Below are positions 39,196 through 48,842 of a stretch of 64,000 nt of DNA, piece after piece. The notes beneath the pieces are model-generated. The model had not been told where the DNA came from. It did not search any database and saw only the letters and a program-made list of their open reading frames with translations. Origin of the DNA: a virus (Duplodnaviria; Caudoviricetes); the IMG/VR virus record IMGVR_UViG_3300010354_005141, positions 1,143 to 65,142 of that record. One strand, given 5' to 3'. The translations under genes and the position numbers were made by a program. Within the stretch, counting starts at the first letter, position 1, and every line of letters starts with the position of its first letter.

Positions 39196-40352
39196 TTCTT
39201 TTTGGCCTTTCCAGCTTTCATGTTAGCCATCCAATGTGCTAACTGTCCTTTACGGCCGCCTTGCTTGGCTACTTTTCTAAGTGTACTTACCGATGCTTTA
39301 GTAGGTACACCATGCCGTTTACTGTCGCCTTTGTCCTGAGGATTGCGACCATCAGCAAAGTTTTCATCTACATTAAAAGTTGGGTCAACTTTTTGACGTT
39401 TTATACTCTTAGGCTGATTAGGATCAACTGGATCAATATCAGTAGTTGTAAGGCCTAACTTTTGTAAATTTTTAATATACTTGTGTTCTGTATCTTCATC
39501 ACCAAAACTAACAATAGTGCTTGGAGGCCCTTTACCAAAGTCTGAAGATTTTGCACGATCTAAATTAGGAATATTTTTGCCTAATTTATACCAATCATAA
39601 ACATCACTTACATCAACTCTTACTGTACCTTTAGGCATTGTTGGTTTTGTTTCAGGCCCCGAAGGAACATCATTAGGGTGATAGTCTTCATTTTTTTTAC
39701 GACCTTGGCAGTGAGCACGTTGGCTAAAGCCTTTGGGGCTGGCACAGTTGATTGATCGTTTGTACTTTTCACTCCAGCCTTCTGTTGAAATTTTATTTGA
39801 TGTTTGATTATGTTCTTTATTCCACAATCTATCTGTAATACCTTTAGCTACACTATAGTCCCCTCTAGTAGGATTACTATAATCACCAGATTTTACATGA
39901 ACTAATTCGCCCTTGCGATAAAACTCTATACCGGTCGATGTAAATTTAACATAAAATTTATTCGAAACAAATTCTTTAGAAGGTGCTGGATCTGTTCTTT
40001 TGTCACCAATTCCTTCTGCTGCGCCGCCGTCGCCTGCTGCGCCGCCGTCTCCACTATAACCAGTATTGTATCCGTATAATCCAAACGGTCCTGGACCGTA
40101 AATCGCACGTTTAACTTTCTTAGTCTTACGTTTGCGGCCTTCATCTACTTTAGGTTTTTTATCTTTAATCCAATCATCAGGAATTTTGCCGTGTTTATCT
40201 ACAAATAAATCGTGTAGTTTTTTAGGCGTAATGTTGTGTCTTTTAGCTATAGTAGTCATCATATGGTCTATAGCATCATAACTGTAAGGGTGTTTAAGAT
40301 CCTTTTCAAGATCTTTTACAGCATCTTCACTGATGATTTCTGTGATTTTCAT
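39192..40352 (-). CDS. Modular basic putative internal head protein
   Basis: MKITEIISE; basic modules separated by xxE sites. Confidence 0.55.
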   Translation of the reverse strand: MKITEIISEDAVKDLEKDLKHPYSYDAIDHMMTTIAKRHNITPKKLHDLFVDKHGKIPDDWIKDKKPKVDEGRKRKTKKVKRAIYGPGPFGLYGYNTGYSGDGGAAGDGGAAEGIGDKRTDPAPSKEFVSNKFYVKFTSTGIEFYRKGELVHVKSGDYSNPTRGDYSVAKGITDRLWNKEHNQTSNKISTEGWSEKYKRSINCASPKGFSQRAHCQGRKKNEDYHPNDVPSGPETKPTMPKGTVRVDVSDVYDWYKLGKNIPNLDRAKSSDFGKGPPSTIVSFGDEDTEHKYIKNLQKLGLTTTDIDPVDPNQPKSIKRQKVDPTFNVDENFADGRNPQDKGDSKRHGVPTKASVSTLRKVAKQGGRKGQLAHWMANMKAGKAKKK

Positions 40353-40354
40353 TT

Positions 40355-40789
40355 TTAGTTACACCAGCTTTGTTTAGCTTCGCCGAAATATTCTCTAGCA
40401 AATCCATTACGGATTAATTCTGCACGTAGGCTAACGCCGTTTAAAATGATATCACCAAGTACACGACCACCGAATTTATCCCATCCATATAAGGTAACTT
40501 GGTGTTTCTGTGTAGTTGCAACCGCATTCTTAGTAAAGGCGGTGGCAGCTTGTCCTCGCTGATCCTCAGAAGGGCATTGCGCTCTAAATCCTTTTTCTGG
40601 AGTGTCGACTCCGTAGATTCTAACCGAAAGTTCTGGCTTAAGGGGTGCTGGTAAAAACGGTGCTGCTATAACTACTGTATCACCGTCGTTTACACGGATG
40701 ATCTTAGCGTCATAGGTTACCCCCTGTGGTGTTTTTTGTGCTAATACTAGTGTAGGAACTGCTAATAATAAAAACAATAACTTTTTCAT
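40355..40789 (-). CDS. Thermonuclease (SNase-like), exported
   Basis: Signal peptide; RVNDGDT, VRIYGVDTPE, DKFGGRVLG. Confidence 0.88.
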   Translation of the reverse strand: MKKLLFLLLAVPTLVLAQKTPQGVTYDAKIIRVNDGDTVVIAAPFLPAPLKPELSVRIYGVDTPEKGFRAQCPSEDQRGQAATAFTKNAVATTQKHQVTLYGWDKFGGRVLGDIILNGVSLRAELIRNGFAREYFGEAKQSWCN

Positions 40790-40819
40790 TCTGTAAAAAC
40801 TCCATTTAGAGTATTTACC

Positions 40820-41257
40820 TTAAAAGCTATTGTTAAACCATCCAATTTTACGACCTTCTGCAATTCGGCTATCGTGCTCTTCGACACTACCTGGATAGCG
40901 CCATGCCCAGATAGCAACTAACAACATAAAGACTGCTGTGCTAACAATGCCGATAGGCTTAACACCAGTGAAATACATTATGACTAAACTAGAAGTCATC
41001 ATGACCAACATAAAGTATTTCATCTTAGTAGGGAAAACACGCTTCTGTCCCCAGTTAGTTAGGAACGGCCCAAACAGTTTGTGATTGTAAAGCCAGGCAT
41101 GCATCTTAGGCGAGCCTTTGGCAAAACAATATGCAGCAAAAACCACAAAAGGACTGTAGGGGATGCCAGGCGTGACAACCCCTACATAAGCCATACCAAG
41201 GCTACAAAACCCTAGTATTTTCCATAACCACTGTTTTAATGTATGAATTCCAACCAT
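40820..41257 (-). CDS. ybaN: YbaN/DUF454 inner membrane protein
   Basis: GVVTPGIPYSPFVVFAAYCFAKGSPKMHAWLYNHKLFGPFL. Confidence 0.85.
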   Translation of the reverse strand: MVGIHTLKQWLWKILGFCSLGMAYVGVVTPGIPYSPFVVFAAYCFAKGSPKMHAWLYNHKLFGPFLTNWGQKRVFPTKMKYFMLVMMTSSLVIMYFTGVKPIGIVSTAVFMLLVAIWAWRYPGSVEEHDSRIAEGRKIGWFNNSF

Positions 41258-41748
41258 TCTTTAAACCTTAATTGAAAGCCTTCTTTCTTCTTTTTATTTA
41301 CTAAATCGAAGTAGCTTGGCTTATAAGGTTTGATTTTAGGAATGATCTTTTTATTAGCACCTTTGTTTGCATTACAAGGACCGCAAGAAGTTACTGTATT
41401 TTCGAACGTAGTTTTGCCACCGTGGCTAGTAGGCAAAACGTGATCAAGTGTACAGTGCTTTCTTTCAAGCCTAGTGTTGCAATACTGACAGTGATAACCG
41501 TCTCGTAGGAAAACATTACCTCTTGAGAATCTAACAGTAGTTTTAGGCTTCATGTAATCTTTCAACATGATAACACTAGGAACTGGTGTTTCCCATCGGG
41601 CACTGCGTACAATCCAATTTTCGTGCCAAAGCAATACATCGGCCTTTTCAGAGACCATGTAGCTTATGGCTTTTTGCCAATTAATTGTGCTTAACGGTAA
41701 TACACTTACAGGCATACCGTCCGCATTTAGGACTAATGTATCTGCCAT
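41236..41748 (-). CDS. HNH endonuclease
   Basis: LVLNAD, PSVIML, VFLRDGYHCQYC, TLDHVLP, CGPCNANKG. Confidence 0.9.
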   Translation of the reverse strand: MADTLVLNADGMPVSVLPLSTINWQKAISYMVSEKADVLLWHENWIVRSARWETPVPSVIMLKDYMKPKTTVRFSRGNVFLRDGYHCQYCNTRLERKHCTLDHVLPTSHGGKTTFENTVTSCGPCNANKGANKKIIPKIKPYKPSYFDLVNKKKKEGFQLRFKEWLEFIH

Positions 41749-41814
41749 TTCTAAACCTCTTAATTGTATTACAGACCCGTTGTTGAGAAGTATTAATTAT
41801 ACACTCAAATATAC

Positions 41815-42363
41815 TTATGCCAAAATATTTTGAGCGAACTCCAAACCGCTTCGATCTAGTGCTGAATGCCACTGATCTTTATTATCGTTGCCAAAAACTA
41901 AATCTATATCGCTTTTGGCTAAACACCAACTTGTGGATTCTTGCCATGGAGGTATTCCCTTTATTTCACCTAACAATTGTCCTGGGCTCCAACCACATAT
42001 ACCTAATAGTACTCTAAAATACTCTGGACGGTCGCCCATAGCTAATCTAGTCAAAACAGTTTCATCGCTGCTAACACTAATGTCATCATTAATTCTAAGA
42101 GTATTTTTACTAGACCATTCGCTAGTGTGGAGCACACTAAGATTTTTAACGTTTACAGGACCGCCTACATAGACAAATCCTGGCATGTCTAGGTTAAAAC
42201 CTATTTGTTTTCCAAATTCAGGTAAACTTAATTGACTGCGCTTGTTGAGCACAAGTCCGACACTACCTTGATTGCTGTGCTCGGTTACGAGTATTACAGT
42301 TTTATACCAGAAATTGCCTTTAAGGGCAGGGGGTGCTATTAATAAACTACCAGTTAAATCCAT
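41815..42363 (-). CDS. YqgE/AlgH family protein
   Basis: GSLLIAPP, GSVGLVLNK, YVGGPV, GICGWSPGQL. Confidence 0.88.
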   Translation of the reverse strand: MDLTGSLLIAPPALKGNFWYKTVILVTEHSNQGSVGLVLNKRSQLSLPEFGKQIGFNLDMPGFVYVGGPVNVKNLSVLHTSEWSSKNTLRINDDISVSSDETVLTRLAMGDRPEYFRVLLGICGWSPGQLLGEIKGIPPWQESTSWCLAKSDIDLVFGNDNKDQWHSALDRSGLEFAQNILA

Positions 42364-42374
42364 ATGGATATTTA

Positions 42375-43664
42375 TTATGCATACTGAGAAGCGTGTTTAG
42401 CTCTGGTATTTGCGGCTACAACCATATTAGCTGGTCTTTCAAAATTAATTGTAAACCATCTAGTGGCTTCTTCAGGTGTCCTAAATGACATATTAGAATA
42501 TCTTTGTCCTGCTGGCTCGCTTAGTGCAAAGTCAATCTGTCCCTTCCAGTTAGTTCTCCAATCAGGCACACGTTGTTCTAAGTTATTTGCGCGGCTTGCA
42601 TGATGTTGAAACAGACCGATGCTTCGTCCTTTGCCATTGTCATTTGGATTGTATGCTGCTGAATTAAAGGATGATTCAGCACGTATATTTGCTAACATAC
42701 CGGCAGCATGATTTTTACTTAGGCCTTTAGATAAAATATATGATTTAATATCTTCTGGCGATACTGTATTCCTTGTTACTCGAGATGTATTTGCGGCAGG
42801 AGTTCTTGCCTGTCCACTATCCGAAGATTGCCCTGCTCGTCTAGCATCAACTGCTCTTTGCATTAATCCGGCACCTGTGTCAGATCGTGTGCTATTATTA
42901 GCGGCACCAATTCCTAATGCGCCTAATCCAGCCGCCGGTAACACTGGCGTCTTTCCACCGCTGAGCCAATTTTTTACCATACCTTGTAACAAATCACTTA
43001 ATTCAAACTCTTTTTGTGCTGTATTACCTTGTGTAGCATTTTGTTGTGCTGGTTTATTATCTTGTTGTGCTGACTTATTATCTTGTTGTGCTGGTCTATT
43101 GTTCTGCCTTGTTGACGACCCAGCCATACTCCTAACTTGATTAGCTACTTCTTTATAAGTTGAAGATCCGGCGTGGATACCGTCATACAAAGGTTTTCCA
43201 TTAATATCAATTATAGGAACACTTATTGCACTTTTAATTGCGTTTCTAACTTCTTCTTGATAGTCGCCGCCGTACCATTCAGCACCGCTACCTTTTGGGC
43301 CGCGACCTGGGCCATTAGGAAACAACATAAAAATAACATTAGCTCCTTGAGCCTGCACTTTGCTAACTACGTTGGCTACATTAGCTGCAATAATTTTAGG
43401 ATCTTTTGGGGGTTTCTTATTTTTAAATGCACTTAACATAGCGTTAGCTGTATCATTGGCTCCCTGGCTAACTAACACTGTAGCACCTTTAGGTATTTTG
43501 TCGATGTTGGCTAACATTCCGGTGTCGGTACTAGATTTACCGCCAATTGCTAAATTAGTCCAATCTCTTCCCCCCATTTTAGCAACCATCACTGCGTGAC
43601 TGTCACCTATGGTATAAAATTTTGTACTTTCTTCTAAAAGAACCCTAAATTCTGTAAGTCGCAT
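42375..43664 (-). CDS. SGNH-hydrolase-like domain fused to a phage tail lysozyme-like domain
   Basis: IGDSHA, GAND, DGIH; C-terminal AGMLANIRAESSFN...GLFQH...FERP; start MRLTEFRVLLEE. Confidence 0.75.
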   Translation of the reverse strand: MRLTEFRVLLEESTKFYTIGDSHAVMVAKMGGRDWTNLAIGGKSSTDTGMLANIDKIPKGATVLVSQGANDTANAMLSAFKNKKPPKDPKIIAANVANVVSKVQAQGANVIFMLFPNGPGRGPKGSGAEWYGGDYQEEVRNAIKSAISVPIIDINGKPLYDGIHAGSSTYKEVANQVRSMAGSSTRQNNRPAQQDNKSAQQDNKPAQQNATQGNTAQKEFELSDLLQGMVKNWLSGGKTPVLPAAGLGALGIGAANNSTRSDTGAGLMQRAVDARRAGQSSDSGQARTPAANTSRVTRNTVSPEDIKSYILSKGLSKNHAAGMLANIRAESSFNSAAYNPNDNGKGRSIGLFQHHASRANNLEQRVPDWRTNWKGQIDFALSEPAGQRYSNMSFRTPEEATRWFTINFERPANMVVAANTRAKHASQYA

Positions 43665-43665
43665 A

Positions 43666-44877
43666 TTAGCTCCAATCAGGCAAAGGACCACCGTATTTGT
43701 GTCCTTTGATTTTATGTCCGCCTACTTTAATACGACTTTTAGGACTCTTACCTAATTTGTGACTTTTGTTTCCATCACGAGAACGTAGTCCTTGACTCTT
43801 GCAACTAGCTAACTGGCTTGCTCCCAGTTCATCATCAGGTTTACTGCTAGTGCATAGTTTTCTACTGGCTTTGCCTTCTTCACTAAGGGCTAGCAGTTGT
43901 GCTTCTAGGTCAGCTAACTGTTCTTCCATTTTAACACAATTGTCTACAGTTCGGCCGCCTTTCTTTTTAGTGCCCATGCGCTTGTAACCGTCCCAACAGA
44001 CTTTACCGTCTACACCTTTTTGTTTGCCTTCCTCTACACCTTGCTTAGCCAGCAGTTTCTTACCAGGTTCCGCTAACTTGTCTTTGGCCATTTGTTGTTT
44101 TTGCTTTTCGGCTGCTGCTCTGTATTCAGCACTGTTTATATCTCTGTAAGGAGTCTTTTGTTTTTCTTTAGGGCCTGAACCTTCCGCCACACTTTCTTTA
44201 GGCACACAGTTAGGCACAGTTTTTCCGTTTTTCTTTTTTGTACCTACAGGTTTATATCCCTTCCAGCAGGGATTGTCTTTAGGATCTTTCAACCCTTCAT
44301 CTATGTCTCGTTTATTAGCCATTTCTAAACCACGCTTGCGTCTGTCTAACATTCGTTTAGCTATGTCTTTATACTCACCCTTTTTGGCATGTGGTTCTAG
44401 TTCTTTAACTTGTTTTTCTGCTTTTTCTTTATAAGATTTAATAGTTTCGTCACTGAGTTCATCTAGCTTATATCTCGGAACAGGCTCATGACCTCTGTCA
44501 GGTCTTGTTCCTATTCTTGGTTCTCTTTTAGGGCTAGTTCCTAGTGCTACTTCTTGAAGAGCCTGTTCTAACTGCTGAATATCTTCTTCACAGTTCCAAC
44601 GGCGTCGTGCTTTACAAATAGCTTTGTCAGGAGTTTTTGCACAACTAATGTTGTGCATATTCATTTGCCCTTTAGATCTAGAACAATAGCTCGATCTACG
44701 TTTAGCAGCTTTACCACCTTTTTTTAACTTGCTAGGCTTGGTAGTTACAGCGGTTTTTAGTTTTGAGCCAGGATTTTCTCTGCGATAGGCATTTACTGCC
44801 TTTTGACTCATACCGTCTGTTTTATCTTTTTTGTTAACTTTTTGCCAGTCTTCTGTAATAAATTGTTTTGCTCTCAT
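43666..44877 (-). CDS. Modular basic, Cys-containing putative internal head protein
   Basis: MRAKQFITE; duplicated CWxGYKxxGTKKKxGxTVxNCV module. Confidence 0.55.
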   Translation of the reverse strand: MRAKQFITEDWQKVNKKDKTDGMSQKAVNAYRRENPGSKLKTAVTTKPSKLKKGGKAAKRRSSYCSRSKGQMNMHNISCAKTPDKAICKARRRWNCEEDIQQLEQALQEVALGTSPKREPRIGTRPDRGHEPVPRYKLDELSDETIKSYKEKAEKQVKELEPHAKKGEYKDIAKRMLDRRKRGLEMANKRDIDEGLKDPKDNPCWKGYKPVGTKKKNGKTVPNCVPKESVAEGSGPKEKQKTPYRDINSAEYRAAAEKQKQQMAKDKLAEPGKKLLAKQGVEEGKQKGVDGKVCWDGYKRMGTKKKGGRTVDNCVKMEEQLADLEAQLLALSEEGKASRKLCTSSKPDDELGASQLASCKSQGLRSRDGNKSHKLGKSPKSRIKVGGHKIKGHKYGGPLPDWS

Positions 44878-44912
44878 GGTTTCAGCCCAATATTGTACTG
44901 TATTTATTACAG

Positions 44913-45731
44913 TTATTGGGTTAGAAACTCAAATACATTTAACCACTGGCGTTTGCCTATTGTAGCTTTTAAGTTGGTAAGATCAGCTTTAGTTGCATGC
45001 CTAAAGCGGGATAATTCTTCTTGAGGAACTGGTACAAACTCTAAAGGGACACCTTCTTGCTCTGCTATTTCTTCTGCAATATCTAAGAAACTATGTGCAA
45101 GTCCGCTACCAACATTCCAAATTCCAGACCCATTAACTTGTTTAATGAAGTCAATGTGTAAACGGCATACATCACCGACCCAAGTCCAATCACGACGAAC
45201 GTGCTCTGCATTCTCCCATACTGTTATTTTCCCTTCTTTACGAGCCTGTTGACGCCATTTCCAAATAGCATTTGCTCTTGATCCACGCAGGTGCATCCAC
45301 TTTCCGTAGACATTAAAGTATCTGAATCCTTGCACCATTACGTGCTGTTCTTGTTGAAAGACCCAACGATCAAATAGATACTTTGACCAAGCATAGGGTG
45401 TTTGTGGATGGCATGGTGCATGTTCACTAAAGTCTTTTGTATCTCCGTAAACTGAGCTAGAACTAGCGTATTGGAAATGTACGCCGTGTTTATTACAGTC
45501 TTTGAACAATAGTTGACTAAATTCGTAGTTTTGTTTCATCACTAGGTCAACATCGGTTTCTCGCATGTCAGCAATAGCACCAAGATGTATGACCCAATCA
45601 TAGATTGCTATATTGGGGAAATCGTTGGGATCCCATTCCCAACCATCAACTGTCCATCCTTCTTCTTGATGTAGCCAGGATGTCATATTTCGGCCAATAA
45701 ATCCTTCATGGCCGGTTACTAGGATTTTCAT
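44913..45731 (-). CDS. NAD-dependent epimerase, ADP-L-glycero-D-manno-heptose 6-epimerase-like
   Basis: ILVTGHEGFIG, YASSSSVYG, YAWSKYLFD, GFRYFNVYG. Confidence 0.8.
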   Translation of the reverse strand: MKILVTGHEGFIGRNMTSWLHQEEGWTVDGWEWDPNDFPNIAIYDWVIHLGAIADMRETDVDLVMKQNYEFSQLLFKDCNKHGVHFQYASSSSVYGDTKDFSEHAPCHPQTPYAWSKYLFDRWVFQQEQHVMVQGFRYFNVYGKWMHLRGSRANAIWKWRQQARKEGKITVWENAEHVRRDWTWVGDVCRLHIDFIKQVNGSGIWNVGSGLAHSFLDIAEEIAEQEGVPLEFVPVPQEELSRFRHATKADLTNLKATIGKRQWLNVFEFLTQ

Positions 45732-45739
45732 AGAATTAT

Positions 45740-46234
45740 TTAATCTACAAGACTTACACCGTAACTCTTTGCGGTAATAAGCAATGCTTCTTTTAAAGTT
45801 TGATCGTCAAAGTTTTGCCTAATAATGTTAGCTACTTTAGGTCTAATAATACAGTTATCAAATGTCCAAGTACCACCGTAGCTCTTAGGCAAAATATGAT
45901 CTGCATTTACAGTATGGAAATAGTCGTACTCATAAACTACTTCAGGATCTAAATCCCTAAATTGACTAGTAATCTTGTTAGCACCTCGTCCGTAGTCTAG
46001 TAAGTGTCCTTCAAACTCTAATGGCATTTTTAATACCCACTGATCAACAGTGCCGCCGTCCCATTTTTTCATTATAGAGTAGGCATAGTCGTATCTTAGG
46101 TCATTAGTTTCGGCAACTTTTCTATAACTAGCTGCACACCAATAGGTCTTGCGATCAAAAACAGCGCCAGTCTGTAACTGACGCTGTTTGATAAGACTAT
46201 TGATAAGTTCTGTATGTTTAAGCATTTTTAACAA
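45740..46234 (-). CDS. HNH-like nuclease domain protein
   Basis: ADHILPKSYGGTWTFDNC. Confidence 0.6.
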   Translation of the reverse strand: MLKMLKHTELINSLIKQRQLQTGAVFDRKTYWCAASYRKVAETNDLRYDYAYSIMKKWDGGTVDQWVLKMPLEFEGHLLDYGRGANKITSQFRDLDPEVVYEYDYFHTVNADHILPKSYGGTWTFDNCIIRPKVANIIRQNFDDQTLKEALLITAKSYGVSLVD

Positions 46235-47591
46235 CAGGAATTGTCAAAGGGAATACCATCTTAGTTTCAACAGTTGTAGGCTGAACTAACTTCTTGGCAT
46301 ACTCTTTAGCTAAACGTTGTGACAAAACAGAATAGAATCCGGATGCAATCCACATATGTTTAGCAATTCGGGTTGAATCAACAGAATAATACTTAACATT
46401 CTTTTCTTTGTCTTCTTTGGTCTTATAGGGAAACTGCTCTTGCATTTCGTCTTGAATCTGACGCCATGCTGGTGTTGAACCTTTACCGCTAGTCTTGTTA
46501 GGCCATTGCTCACGCAAAGAATTCATTAGTTTTACTTGGAACAAGTCTTTGTCAAACCCTTTTTCGAAAATCCATTCTTTGTTATAAAGAATAGTTTCAA
46601 GAAGACCAATTAGGTCAGCAGTTTCTAAACGCTTCAAAGGCCAAATGTATTCGTACCAATCAAGTGCTAGACTTAAAATTTCATCAGTATAGTCTGCTGT
46701 TTCAAAAATAGCTTTCAGCTGGCTGATGTTAGAACAGGAACCTTTAAGGTTCTTTTCTTCTTTGTTTTCGTCGTTGACTAATCTAAAGTTTCTCTTTAGG
46801 CTTAGTTCATTAAAGATTTTAAAATTAATAAACTCGTCATCACTTTTGCTAAGATTCATTTGTTTACAAACTTCAGCATAACTGATTTCAGTAATATCAA
46901 TTTTCTTTTTAATACAATAATCTTCAAGACTCTTCTTAATAACCAGGGCGTCACTAAGAGTAAGTTCAACTTCTGTTGCACGAAGTTTACCTTGGTTCTC
47001 GCGTTTGAACATACGAAGATCATCAATATCATCAGTACTAGGAAGAACTTCGTAGGCAAATTCAGTACGTCCTACAATGCTACCAGCAATGCTTCGTTGT
47101 TGCCCCTCGTTAACAAAAATACGATCGTTTGTAGGATCGCGGCGAGCGTTGCCGCAGGTAAGGCCATCTGGGTTCCACCGACGTAACATTTGCAGAATGT
47201 GACGCGGTTTAGGATTACGTTGGCCGCCTTGACCATCTTCACCGTAATTGAGCCAAACATCACGAACAGACCATTTTTGAACTCCCTCAAGCCGAGACTT
47301 GCGTTCTTCAAAAGGTAGCAAGATTCCGTCAAGTACACCTGTTGATTTATAGTGCGTAAGTACTTCTTCTACGACTCGTTGCAGGCTTTCGTTAGCTTTG
47401 TTGATAGGAAGTTCAGCAAGGACTTTGTGTTTGTCCATATGAGCTTCAAGTTCTGCTTCGCTAAATGAAGTAAGACGACGTTTAATAGTAGACTTGTCTG
47501 TAGGAATAACTTTAGTTACGTCTGACAGCCAAGTACCGAAACTACGAAAATGATGTTCTTTTTCAACGGGATTAAAAATTGTAGGTGCCAT
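46218..47591 (-). CDS. Hypothetical protein with ParB/DGQxR-like N-terminal motif
   Basis: GQRN...IFVNEGQQRS...MFKREN. Confidence 0.45.
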   Translation of the reverse strand: MAPTIFNPVEKEHHFRSFGTWLSDVTKVIPTDKSTIKRRLTSFSEAELEAHMDKHKVLAELPINKANESLQRVVEEVLTHYKSTGVLDGILLPFEERKSRLEGVQKWSVRDVWLNYGEDGQGGQRNPKPRHILQMLRRWNPDGLTCGNARRDPTNDRIFVNEGQQRSIAGSIVGRTEFAYEVLPSTDDIDDLRMFKRENQGKLRATEVELTLSDALVIKKSLEDYCIKKKIDITEISYAEVCKQMNLSKSDDEFINFKIFNELSLKRNFRLVNDENKEEKNLKGSCSNISQLKAIFETADYTDEILSLALDWYEYIWPLKRLETADLIGLLETILYNKEWIFEKGFDKDLFQVKLMNSLREQWPNKTSGKGSTPAWRQIQDEMQEQFPYKTKEDKEKNVKYYSVDSTRIAKHMWIASGFYSVLSQRLAKEYAKKLVQPTTVETKMVFPLTIPVVKNA

Positions 47592-47621
47592 TTGGAGCCT
47601 TTAAAAAGTTAAGATAAGGTA

Positions 47622-47650
47622 AGTGTATTGCCATTATCAATTTTTGTCAA
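47622..47650 (-). promoter_or_regulatory. sigma70-like promoter
   Basis: TTGACA-17 nt-TACACT. Confidence 0.6.
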
Positions 47651-48717
47651 GCGCCAAAATCAAATAGTATTTCAAATTGATTGTCTTCTTGCTCCATAGC
47701 ACCGTAATCGGTTGCCAGATGTACTTCTCTAGGAACAAACAGTCTATCCATATATTTGGCTATTTGTCTATGTTGCATACCAATGTCTTTGCCAAAAAAT
47801 AAACCTGATTGATCTTTGTTAGCTGGTTTTCGGACAGCACTAACACATACATAATCTCTTTGAGCAAAGAAATCATAGAGTCTTTGGGGATCATAACCGT
47901 ATTGATTACATTGTTTTGGAACAATTTCTACCTGTACACTAGGACGCCATTTGTCTATCGTCTGTTGTGCTCCATGTATAACAAATAACTCAGATCCTTC
48001 AACGTCAATTTTGATTGCATCAACATCTTCAAATCCAAAACTATCTATAGTTCTACAAGGTACATCAACCACATACTGTGACTTCTTAACTTGTTTTTGA
48101 TTGTAGATAGCAAAGTTGTGACCTCCATGGTCTGGATGATCCTGTATGCCAATCGTGCCTGTGTTTCTATCAGTAATAGCAACTTCGTGTACTGTAATAT
48201 TTCCTACCACATTCATAGATTGTGGCTTGCCCTTCCATTTAAACCAACCTGCTTCAGCTGTTGGGTCTCTGTGTATGCTGCCTTCTACGTCTGTACCTTG
48301 CCAATAGATTCCCAATAGCTGGCTGCGTCTAGCTATTTCGATATTAGCTTTGAGCATAGTCAGCGTAGTAGGTGTAGGTTCAAATGACTCTACATGTTGT
48401 GCCCACTCACTATAGGCAATAGTGTTGTTACCTACATTGGCACCCACATCAATAATACGGCGGGCGTTAGGATAGATAGTCCTAATTAACCTTGCATTAT
48501 TGCCTTGATAGTAGACGTTGTTTCCGCTAAATCTAGGGCCTTGCAAATTGTCTATGCTTAGTAGCCAATAGCATCTCCCAAACTTGTTGATAACTAAACG
48601 GAATTGTTGATTTTGGTAAAGACCACTAGGTTCGTCAAAACCAAAAAGGTCTTTAAATTCTTGAGATGAAATGGTTGCTGTTAATAACTGCGGCATATTA
48701 GTTCTCCTTCTAATCAA
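47647..48717 (-). CDS. FkbM-family methyltransferase
   Basis: IIDVGANVGN, VESFEP, DAIKIDVEGSELFVIHGA. Confidence 0.85.
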   Translation of the reverse strand: MIRRRTNMPQLLTATISSQEFKDLFGFDEPSGLYQNQQFRLVINKFGRCYWLLSIDNLQGPRFSGNNVYYQGNNARLIRTIYPNARRIIDVGANVGNNTIAYSEWAQHVESFEPTPTTLTMLKANIEIARRSQLLGIYWQGTDVEGSIHRDPTAEAGWFKWKGKPQSMNVVGNITVHEVAITDRNTGTIGIQDHPDHGGHNFAIYNQKQVKKSQYVVDVPCRTIDSFGFEDVDAIKIDVEGSELFVIHGAQQTIDKWRPSVQVEIVPKQCNQYGYDPQRLYDFFAQRDYVCVSAVRKPANKDQSGLFFGKDIGMQHRQIAKYMDRLFVPREVHLATDYGAMEQEDNQFEILFDFGA

Positions 48718-48842
48718 TGTTCGCTGTAAACATTATATATCTGCTGTAAAAAAATATAGAAAATTAAGTTCAAACAGGTTGCAAAGTTATTCAATCGACA
48801 TTATTATTACTGTGTAAATCTATATTTTCTCTTAGGACTCAA

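Noticed and set aside
39691-39698. A8 run as a third frameshift site
   Set aside because: It reads A_AAA_AAT in mid-gene rather than A_AAA_AAG, and there is no adjacent ORF to fuse to.
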